The notes under the pieces are model-generated. The model did not search any database. It was not told the origin of the DNA and worked only from the letters and a program-made list of their open reading frames with translations. Below are positions 17,698-25,071 of a DNA stretch of 43,857 nucleotides, piece by piece. Every line of letters starts with the position of its first letter. The stretch's first letter is position 1. The stretch covers positions 1 through 43,857 of the forward strand of contig CALACD010000469.1 in NCBI GenBank assembly GCA_937890445.1, written 5' to 3'. Made by a program: the position numbers and the translations under genes. Source of the stretch: an uncultured Acidimicrobiia bacterium. GTDB lineage: Bacteria; Actinomycetota; Acidimicrobiia; Acidimicrobiales; SZUA-35.

Positions 17698-18615
17698 ATG
17701 ACCGAGACCAAGCGAACCCATCGCTCCCACGTGAGCTACATCGACAAGTCACGCGAGTTCTACGCCGCCCACGGCTACGAACAGCCCTACCACTGGGCGG
17801 CCCACGACGACGCACCGTTCACGGCGCTGCCCAAGCCGCTGTTCGAGTGCAAGGTAGGTGTTGTCACCACGTCCTACTTCTTGCCCGACGACTTCGTCTA
17901 CCGGGTTCCCTCCGATCTGCCTCGTCTGCCCTACGTCGCCTCCCGCCACGACACCGCCCGACTGGACAACCAGTACCTGTCCTGGGCGAAGGACGAGACC
18001 CACACCCGTGACCGGGAGAGCTATCTGCCCCTGGCCCGCCTCGACGAGTACGTGACCCAAGGCCGCATCGGCGCCGTGTCCGATCGCTTCTACGGCCTGC
18101 CGACCCAGTTCAGTCATCGCCAGACGCAACGGCGCGACACCCCGAGAGTCCTCGAATGGATGAAGGAGGACGAGGTCGATGTCGCCCTGCTGGTTCCGCT
18201 TTGACCCGTGTGTCACCAGTCCGTGAGCCTGGGAGCACGTCAGATCGAAGAAGCCGGCATCCCCACCGTGGTGATCGGCTCGGCCCGAGACATCGTCGAG
18301 GAGTGCGGGGTGCCGCGTTTCGTGTTCGTCGACTTCCCGCTCGGAAATCCGTGTGGCAAGCCCGACGAGGTCGCCATGCAACACTCGATCGTGGGCCTTG
18401 CCCTCGACTCCCTCGAGAAGGCGTTCGCACCCCGCACCACGGTGCAGGCACCGGTCCGATGGGACGACGTCGACCCCGACGGTTGGCGGGAACGATTCAT
18501 GCACGTCGGCGATGACAATCGACAGCTCCTGGCTGATGCCGGAGCCGAGCGGAAGCGTCTCCAGGAGGAGATCCGCCAGCGGGACACCTCCACCGAACCA
18601 GACCGGGAAGGCTGA
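17698..18615 (+). CDS. Glycine/betaine/sarcosine/D-proline reductase selenoprotein-B family (PrdB/GrdB-like) protein with an in-frame UGA (predicted Sec at codon 169)
   Basis: ORFs 17479..18204 and 18208..18615 are in the same frame and are separated only by TGA 18202-18204 plus one CCC codon. The joined translation reads ...EDEVDVALLVPL-U-PVCHQSVSLGARQIEEAGIPTVVIG..., which gives a U-x-x-C-H motif. The start is placed at ATG 17698, preceded by GAGGAG. Confidence 0.75.
18208..18240 (+). other. Candidate bacterial SECIS-like hairpin, starting 4 nt 3' of the UGA
   Basis: Hand-folded. The lower stem pairs 18208-18213 with 18235-18240 (G-U, U-G, G-C, U-A, G-C, U-G). A 2x2 internal loop follows. 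The upper stem pairs CCAG (18216-18219) with CUGG (18229-18232). The 9-nt apical loop is UCCGUGAGC and contains GU. No energy calculation was done. Confidence 0.4.
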
Positions 18616-18617
18616 GC

Positions 18618-19499
18618 ATGGCATCACGAGGCGAGCGACTCGAAGGAACACCCGAACCAGACCTGATGATCGAGGCCGCCGGGGGTGTGCGCGTCGCGGC
18701 CGATGTCTTCGGCCATGGCGGCCCGCTCGTCTTGCTCCAACATGGAGGCGGCCAGACCCGTCACGCCTGGAAGGGAGCCGGACAACAGCTGGCGAGCGCC
18801 GGCTACCGAGCCGTCAGCATCGACGCCCGGGGTCACGGCGACAGTGACTGGGCACCCGACGGCGACTACACGACCGAGGCCTTGGTTGCCGATCTGGTCG
18901 CCGTGGTCGACCATTTCGGTGAGATCCCGGTGTTGGTCGGGGCATCGATGGGCGGGGGCACCTCGCTGACCGCGGTCGGCGAGGGTGAGGTCGAGGCCGC
19001 TGCCCTGGTGCTGGTCGACACCGCGCCCCGGATCGAGGCCGGCGGTGTCCGCAAGATCCGGGACTTCATGAGCCAGGCTCCCGATGGGTTCGCAACCCTC
19101 GAAGAAGTGGCGGATGCCATCGCCAACTACCAGCCACATCGCGACCGACCCCGCAAGCTCGACGGACTGGCCAAGAACGTGCGCCTCTGGCCCGATGGCC
19201 GATATCGGTGGCATTGGGACCCTGCGTTCATGCAGCGCCCGAAGGCAGCACTGGCCGATCGGATCCCACGCCAGGAGGCAGCGGCCGCCAACCTGACGCT
19301 GCCGACGCTGCTGGTTCGCGGCGGTCTCAGCGATGTCCTGTCCGAGGAAGGGGCACGATCCTTCCTGGATCAGGTGCCGCACGCGGTCTACGCCAATGTC
19401 AGTGACGCGGCCCACATGGTGGCCGGGGATCGCAACGACATCTTCATCAACTCGGTCCTCGAGTTTCTCCAGGCGAATCACCCTGGCAAAGGGGCCTGA
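18618..19499 (+). CDS. Alpha/beta-fold hydrolase (paralog of 16737..17606)
   Basis: ORF 18618..19499. The ATG lies 2 nt after the stop codon of the PrdB-like gene. It shares these motifs with the paralog: HGGGQTRHAW, DARGHGDSDW, GASMGG, PDGFATLEE and AAHMVAGD. Confidence 0.85.
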   Translation: MASRGERLEGTPEPDLMIEAAGGVRVAADVFGHGGPLVLLQHGGGQTRHAWKGAGQQLASAGYRAVSIDARGHGDSDWAPDGDYTTEALVADLVAVVDHFGEIPVLVGASMGGGTSLTAVGEGEVEAAALVLVDTAPRIEAGGVRKIRDFMSQAPDGFATLEEVADAIANYQPHRDRPRKLDGLAKNVRLWPDGRYRWHWDPAFMQRPKAALADRIPRQEAAAANLTLPTLLVRGGLSDVLSEEGARSFLDQVPHAVYANVSDAAHMVAGDRNDIFINSVLEFLQANHPGKGA

Positions 19500-19558
19500 C
19501 GACCCGGTACCTTCGGTTTCGAGCGACGACTGCGGGGTCGTCCGGAGACGAGAAGAAG

Positions 19559-21679
19559 ATGATGTCCAGGCGGACCAAGACTGCGTTTTTGCTCGTTGTC
19601 GCCCTCTTGACGGCTCTCAACTCGACGAGCCCGGCCAGTGCGGAACTGTCGTCGACCCCCACCACCTCGTGGGGGGTCAGTGGACTGCTGACCGGCACCC
19701 AGACCGATGGCATCAAGGCCAACGTGTTCGCCATGGAGATCATCGGCAACACGCTGTACGTCGGGGGTCGATTCACCACGGTCACCAACGGCAACACGTC
19801 CCAGAGCAGACCGGCCATCGCTGCCTTCAACGCCACCACCGGCAGCTGGATCAGCAGCTTCGCGCCAACACTCGACGGCGCCGTCTATGCCCTCCAGGCC
19901 TCGCCCGACGGCACCCGACTGTTCGTCGGTGGCGACTTCACCACGACCAACGGCACCCCGACCGGACCGCTTGTCGCCTTGAATCCCACGACCGGGGCCA
20001 TCTCCAGCGGCTGGACGGGCGCCGTCGGCGGCTATCAGGTCGTTCGTGACTTCGATGTCGACGGCACCTACCTCTATGCCGGTGGCGGATTCACATCGAT
20101 GAGCAGCGCGGCCGGGGGAACGAGTGCGTTCCGCACCGCTCGATTCACCCTCGCCAACGGAACCCACGACGCCACATGGAAGCCCAACATCGCGGGCGGA
20201 ACCGTCTGGGGAATCGACGTCTCGGCGGCATCCGGTCGGGTCTACTTCGCCGGCAACTTCGACACCATCAACGGTGAGGCTCGACCGGGTGGCTTCGGCG
20301 CGGTCAGTGCCACCACCGCCACCAACGTCGCCGGCACCCTGTCGGTCAATACGACCAACGTGAGCCAACAGTTCGCCTACGACGTTCTCGAAGTGGGCAA
20401 CAAGGTCTTCGTCGCCGGCAGCCAGCATCACCTGCAGGTGTTGAACCAGAGCAACCTGTCACTCGAGGTGTTCCATCGTTCGAGCCCTCGCGGTGATTTC
20501 CAGACCGTGGCTCAGATCGGCAGTCGGGTGTATGCCGGTTCGCATTCCTATCAGGGCACCACCCTGGCCAGTGCCAGCGGTGTGCTCTGGGTCGGCCCGC
20601 CACCGGCCGGTCAATCCGACGCCCCGATCTTTGCCTCCAACCCGAGTTCCTGGGTCAGTGCCTTCAACGCATCGACCGGACTCCACGACACCGCCTTCTA
20701 CGCCAACCTGGCCACGGCCGGGGCCGGCATCTGGGCCGTCGAGGCCACCAGCAATGGTTGCGTCTGGTTCGGAGGCGCCATCACCGCTGCGGCCGGGGTC
20801 CCCCAGTTCGGGATCACCCGACTGTGCGATGGCCTGCCACCCGACACCGAGCGCCCGTCCGTGCCCAGCCGACCCCAGGTCGCCGCCCTGCGATCCGGCG
20901 AGGTCGACCTGACCTGGACGGCCTCCACCGACAACGTCGGCGTCGTCGGCTACCGGCTCTACAACCAGTCGAACGACACACTCGTCACCGACGTCAGCGG
21001 CACAGCAACCACCCTCAGCCTCCCCACCGGCCCCTACGAGATGTACCTCCGAGCCTACGACGCAGCCGGCAACGTCTCGTGGCGAACCGGACCCACCTCC
21101 TTCACCATCGGGGTGGTCGACACCGAGCGGCCGAGCTTTCCCAGCCGACCCCAGGTCGCCGCCCTGCGATCCGGCGAGGTCGACCTGACCTGGACGGCCT
21201 CCACCGACAACGTCGGCGTCGTCGGCTACCGGCTCTACAACCAGTCGAACGACACACTCGTCACCGACGTCAGCGGCACAGCAACCACCCTCAGCCTCCC
21301 CACCGGCCCCTACGAGATGTACCTCCGAGCCTACGACGCAGCCGGCAACGTCTCGTGGCGAACCGGACCCACCTCCTTCACCATCTCCGACAATGTCGAC
21401 ACCGAAGCTCCCACCACACCGACCGGGCTCAACGGATCGGTGTCGGGCTCGACCATCACCATGTGGTGGGGTGAGTCGACCGACAACATCGGGGTGGCCG
21501 GCTATCGCCTCTTCAACGCCAGCAACGACCTGCCCATCGCCGCTGGTACGGGCCGGTACACCCAACTCATGGGACTTGCTCCCGGCCCCTATAGTTACTA
21601 CGTCAAGGCCTTCGATGCCGCTGGCAACGAATCGTTCCGCACCGACATCCTCACCCTCACCGTGAACCAGCAGAACTGA
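19559..21679 (+). CDS. Secreted protein: signal peptide, beta-propeller-type repeats (DUF5122/delta-60-like LYVGGxFTxxNG units) and three C-terminal fibronectin type III domains
   Basis: ORF 19559..21679. The signal peptide is MMSRRTKTAFLLVVALLTALNSTSPASA. The motif (L/V)Y(V/A/F)(G/A)GxF(T/D)...G recurs roughly every 50-60 aa. The three FN3-like units have the form ...VDLTWTASTDNVGVVGYRLYN... Confidence 0.8.
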   Translation: MMSRRTKTAFLLVVALLTALNSTSPASAELSSTPTTSWGVSGLLTGTQTDGIKANVFAMEIIGNTLYVGGRFTTVTNGNTSQSRPAIAAFNATTGSWISSFAPTLDGAVYALQASPDGTRLFVGGDFTTTNGTPTGPLVALNPTTGAISSGWTGAVGGYQVVRDFDVDGTYLYAGGGFTSMSSAAGGTSAFRTARFTLANGTHDATWKPNIAGGTVWGIDVSAASGRVYFAGNFDTINGEARPGGFGAVSATTATNVAGTLSVNTTNVSQQFAYDVLEVGNKVFVAGSQHHLQVLNQSNLSLEVFHRSSPRGDFQTVAQIGSRVYAGSHSYQGTTLASASGVLWVGPPPAGQSDAPIFASNPSSWVSAFNASTGLHDTAFYANLATAGAGIWAVEATSNGCVWFGGAITAAAGVPQFGITRLCDGLPPDTERPSVPSRPQVAALRSGEVDLTWTASTDNVGVVGYRLYNQSNDTLVTDVSGTATTLSLPTGPYEMYLRAYDAAGNVSWRTGPTSFTIGVVDTERPSFPSRPQVAALRSGEVDLTWTASTDNVGVVGYRLYNQSNDTLVTDVSGTATTLSLPTGPYEMYLRAYDAAGNVSWRTGPTSFTISDNVDTEAPTTPTGLNGSVSGSTITMWWGESTDNIGVAGYRLFNASNDLPIAAGTGRYTQLMGLAPGPYSYYVKAFDAAGNESFRTDILTLTVNQQN
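20843..21394 (+). repeat. In-gene tandem duplication with a 276-bp (92-codon) period, encoding two FN3 domains; 20864-21109 and 21140-21385 are identical by eye (246 bp)
   Basis: Compared directly, base by base. The differences are confined to about 10 nt at 20854-20863 versus 21130-21139. The third FN3 unit (about 21386-21670) is diverged. Confidence 0.9.
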
Positions 21680-21725
21680 TCGGCGCTCATCGGCGCAACG
21701 ATGCCTGCGTTGTCCCGTCGGGCGG

Positions 21726-22934
21726 TCATGACGAGGGCCGAAGCAGGTGCACGGCGTTGCGGATGTCGAGGATCGAGCTCGGCAACTCGACTGCATCCAG
21801 CGGGAGGCCCGGATCATCGCCCGGCGTGAAGAAGTGCACCAGACGTGAACTCCCGTCTTCGTGATCGGACCAGAGGGCCAGCGTGTCGTCGGGCCCCCAC
21901 ACGAAGTCGCCGTTTCCCACGGCGGTCAGCTCGGCAACGACCGCACCGGTGGACAGATCGTGGATGGTGACAACGCCGCCTCCCACTTCGGCCAGATAGG
22001 TGTCGGACGGCGAGATCCTCAGCCGTTCGGGAACCCGCTCGCTGTCGATTCCGAGCTCGGCCAGACGGCCGTCGTCGGTCAACGACCGGGCCTCGACCCG
22101 GCAGACACCTTCGTCGCAGGTGAGCGACACGTAGCGTGTCCTTCCGATGTCGATGACACGCCCGGTCAACGCGTCCCCGAACCGTCGGGTCTCGGGGTCG
22201 AAACGGCGATCGATCTCGTCGAGCGAACGAACGATCAACCCGTCTGCGACCACGGCCTCCACCGTGAGCCCAGCGGCCAGTTCGAGGGGCTCGTCGATCT
22301 GCTGCCCATTCTCGTCAACGGTGATGAGGCGATTGGTGGCGAGGGTGTGCACGACGTAGCCGTCACCGTCGGCGGCCGGGAACACGACGGGGAGCTCCAT
22401 CTCGATGACGGGCATGGTGCGAACGACTCCGTCGGCCCTCACGAGGATGGTCTCGTTCAGATAGGCGCGGAATCCGGCGACACTTCGGTCCGAGGCCCGA
22501 CGAGCGATGAAGTGCTGTCCTGTCGTGGGGTCGAGTTCTCGGACGGCGCCATCGAACAGATCCACGGCCACGATCTGCCCCCGCTCGTTCTGGCCGACGA
22601 GGGTGAGTGGTCGCTGACTGGCCGGCGAGATGTCCACCGACTCGGGAACGGCCAGCGGAGGCGGTAGGCGAATGATCCGCTGATCGACCGAGGAAGACGA
22701 TGTGTCTTCGGTCGTGTCCGTCGGGAGGCCGGGTTCGGCCGGCCACACCAGTGGGATCGGAGACTCCGGGTCCTCCTCCACGGGGACCACCGCGTGCGAC
22801 GTCCTAAGGGAGGCAACGGCGAATCCCACCACCAGGACCGCAGCGACGGCGGTCCCGACCCGGCGGGTGGCCTCGCTGGGGCCGCGCCGGAGCTCGATCT
22901 CACTGGTCGCCGTCTCGTCGATCAACTCCACCAT
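21726..22934 (-). CDS. Hypothetical single-pass membrane-anchored protein with a large extracytoplasmic domain
   Basis: ORF 21726..22934. It has a short N-terminal tail, one TM helix (VGTAVAAVLVVGFAVASL), and no motif I recognise. Codon usage is consistent with coding sequence. Confidence 0.55.
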   Translation of the reverse strand: MVELIDETATSEIELRRGPSEATRRVGTAVAAVLVVGFAVASLRTSHAVVPVEEDPESPIPLVWPAEPGLPTDTTEDTSSSSVDQRIIRLPPPLAVPESVDISPASQRPLTLVGQNERGQIVAVDLFDGAVRELDPTTGQHFIARRASDRSVAGFRAYLNETILVRADGVVRTMPVIEMELPVVFPAADGDGYVVHTLATNRLITVDENGQQIDEPLELAAGLTVEAVVADGLIVRSLDEIDRRFDPETRRFGDALTGRVIDIGRTRYVSLTCDEGVCRVEARSLTDDGRLAELGIDSERVPERLRISPSDTYLAEVGGGVVTIHDLSTGAVVAELTAVGNGDFVWGPDDTLALWSDHEDGSSRLVHFFTPGDDPGLPLDAVELPSSILDIRNAVHLLRPSS

Positions 22935-22961
22935 GGTCGGCCCAGTCTGGTGGATGAGCCC

Positions 22962-23846
22962 TCAGGACGACAGACCGCACGCTTGCGCGTAACGAAGCAG
23001 GGTCGACTCGCAGCTCGACGCCGGAATCGGTGCCGCCAGCACCAGTTCGCCGACGCCCAGGTCCCGCGCTTGTTCGAACTTTGCCGATACCTCGTCGGGT
23101 GTTTCTGCTGCCAGTGGCAAACCGATCTTGAAGCTGAAGTCGTCGTCGTCGGGCGAACGACCATGATCGGCCATGATCTGTTGAAACGTCTCGACGTGCT
23201 CGGCCAGATCGACTTGGGCCCACCAGCCATACCAGCCGTCCCCGACCCGAGCAGCCCGTCGCATGGCCGGCTTCGAGTCGCCGCCGATGATGATCGGGGG
23301 TCCGCCCGGCCGCAGCGGCTTCGGATTGAGCACGGCGTTCTCGAACTGGACGAACTCGCCCCGATAGGTCGCCCGATCCTCGGTCCACGCCAACCGGATG
23401 GCCTCGATGTACTCGTCCATACGTTTCCCACGTTGTTCGAAAGGCACACCGAGCGCTCCGTATTCCTCCCACGACCAACCCGATCCGACGCCGAGCTCGA
23501 AACGCCCGTCGCTGAAGTGGTCGAGGGTCAGCACCTCCTTCGCCGTCAGAAGGGCCGGGCGTTGGGGCAGGATCAACACCCCGGTGACGAATCGCAGCCT
23601 CGTCGTCACGGTTGCCGCCACCTGACAGACGAACAACGGATCGTAGATCCCGGTGTCCGGTCCCCAGTTGGCCGAGCCATCTTCGCTGTAGGGGTACGAC
23701 GACTCGTACTGGCCGAAGAACACCACGTGTTCAGGGACCGAGAGGGCTCGGAAGCCGAGCTCTTCGGCCGCCTGGGCAAAGGCCCGCACGAACCCGACAT
23801 CCCGCTTTGGTGAGTTCCCGAACATTCCGGCGATGCTGATATCCAT
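22962..23846 (-). CDS. LLM-class (luciferase-like) F420-dependent oxidoreductase
   Basis: ORF 22962..23846. The regions SVPEHVVF..., LGVGSGWSWEEYGALGVPFEQRGKRMDEYIEAIR and IIIGGDSKPAMRRAARVGDGWYG are typical of the LLM family. Confidence 0.85.
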   Translation of the reverse strand: MDISIAGMFGNSPKRDVGFVRAFAQAAEELGFRALSVPEHVVFFGQYESSYPYSEDGSANWGPDTGIYDPLFVCQVAATVTTRLRFVTGVLILPQRPALLTAKEVLTLDHFSDGRFELGVGSGWSWEEYGALGVPFEQRGKRMDEYIEAIRLAWTEDRATYRGEFVQFENAVLNPKPLRPGGPPIIIGGDSKPAMRRAARVGDGWYGWWAQVDLAEHVETFQQIMADHGRSPDDDDFSFKIGLPLAAETPDEVSAKFEQARDLGVGELVLAAPIPASSCESTLLRYAQACGLSS

Positions 23847-23942
23847 GGAGACCGGTCTAGCTCCCTACCGCCGTGGGTTGAAACTTGGCGTTGTCGTTCG
23901 GTGCCGGGATCGTGGGCTCGGGCTGTTGCCCGGTCCGGTTCG

Positions 23943-24833
23943 TCACCACGCGATCTCGTCCCTCGTCGGTGGATCGGCACCGGCCCGGGAGACGGTCACC
24001 CCGGCCGCGGCCACGGCTCGCCTGGCCGCCAATGCCCACGATGCTTCGTCCACTGCGCCGAGCGGAAGCGAACCGTTGCCATCACCCAACTCCCACAGCG
24101 TCGCCAACACCGCTCCGACGATGGTGTCGCCGGCCCCGACCGTGTCGATGACGGTCACCTCGGGCGATGGCACCCGTTGTTCGCCTCGGGACGTGATGAC
24201 CGACAGACCATCGGCCCCTCGGGTGATCAGCACGGCAACGACCGAACCGGCGACGAGTTCTTCGGCTATCGAGTCCGGGGAACGTCCCGGCCAGATCCAT
24301 GCCAGATCCTCGTCCGACCCCTTGTAGATGCTGGTGTGGGTGAGCCAACGGTCATGGAAGTGTTCCCACTGGGCTCGATCCTCGATGATCTGGGGTCGGA
24401 TGTTGGGATCGAGCGAGACGATGCCGCAATGGGATTCGACCAGACGAGCCAGCGTCTCGGCCGTGTCCCCCCGGAACAGGCCGAGGGTACCGCCATGGAG
24501 AACATGGGGACCCGGCCCGAGAAGTGACAGATCGACCTGGCGGACCTGAGTGTCTGCAGTACTCGTACCTTCGAAACGGAAGACCAGATGTGGGACGTGA
24601 TCCACGATTGCCCGGGCCGTGGGGGCTGCGAAACGCTGGGCGGCCCGGAGATCGACGCCGTTGTCGACCAGGTGCTGCCAGATCATGTGCCCGTATTCGT
24701 CGTTCGACACGCCGCCGACGAAGGCCGAGGGCACGCCGAGACGGGCCGCGGCAACGGCAACGTTCATCGGGCCACCACCGGGAACGGCTTCGGGCACGAG
24801 GTCGACGAGAGCTTCTCCGCAGCTGACGATCAT
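23943..24833 (-). CDS. PfkB-family carbohydrate kinase (fructokinase-like)
   Basis: ORF 23943..24833. It has the N-terminus MIVSCGEALVDLVP...GGGPMNVAVAAARLG and the C-terminal motif DTVGAGDTIVGA. Confidence 0.85.
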   Translation of the reverse strand: MIVSCGEALVDLVPEAVPGGGPMNVAVAAARLGVPSAFVGGVSNDEYGHMIWQHLVDNGVDLRAAQRFAAPTARAIVDHVPHLVFRFEGTSTADTQVRQVDLSLLGPGPHVLHGGTLGLFRGDTAETLARLVESHCGIVSLDPNIRPQIIEDRAQWEHFHDRWLTHTSIYKGSDEDLAWIWPGRSPDSIAEELVAGSVVAVLITRGADGLSVITSRGEQRVPSPEVTVIDTVGAGDTIVGAVLATLWELGDGNGSLPLGAVDEASWALAARRAVAAAGVTVSRAGADPPTRDEIAW

Positions 24834-24885
24834 TGGCGATCAGGATACGGGCGATCAGCAGACGGGAGCCGACCCCGAGACGCAG

Positions 24886-24923
24886 AAAGGGTCCGAACGC
24901 CGGAGGGAGTGGCGTTCGGACCC
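24886..24923 (-). terminator. 13-bp perfect-stem hairpin (GGGTCCGAACGCC / GGCGTTCGGACCC, 9-nt loop), followed on the minus strand by TTTC
   Basis: Read directly from the sequence. It lies about 150 nt downstream of the hydantoinase stop codon (25072) and about 55 nt upstream of the kinase start (24833). Confidence 0.5.
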
Positions 24924-25071
24924 ATTGCGGCGGTTGCGAACTCTCGTTCGACGGCCGGTGTGACTGGGTCGCCCGACCAAGTCACGGATACTGAGACGCC
25001 GCGAGTTGCGAGAAGGTCGCGAGAATCTTCGGATATTTTCTCGACTCGTCGCGCAACCCCTGACGGAACGC

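Noticed and set aside
18202-18204. The TGA read as a genuine stop codon, giving either two separate genes or a pseudogene
   Set aside because: The downstream ORF continues in the same frame after one codon. It has no ribosome-binding site of its own and starts only at an internal GTG. The join also recreates a contiguous family-typical U-x-x-C-H...EEAGIPT segment. A sequencing error or a nonsense mutation cannot be fully excluded without reads or sel genes.
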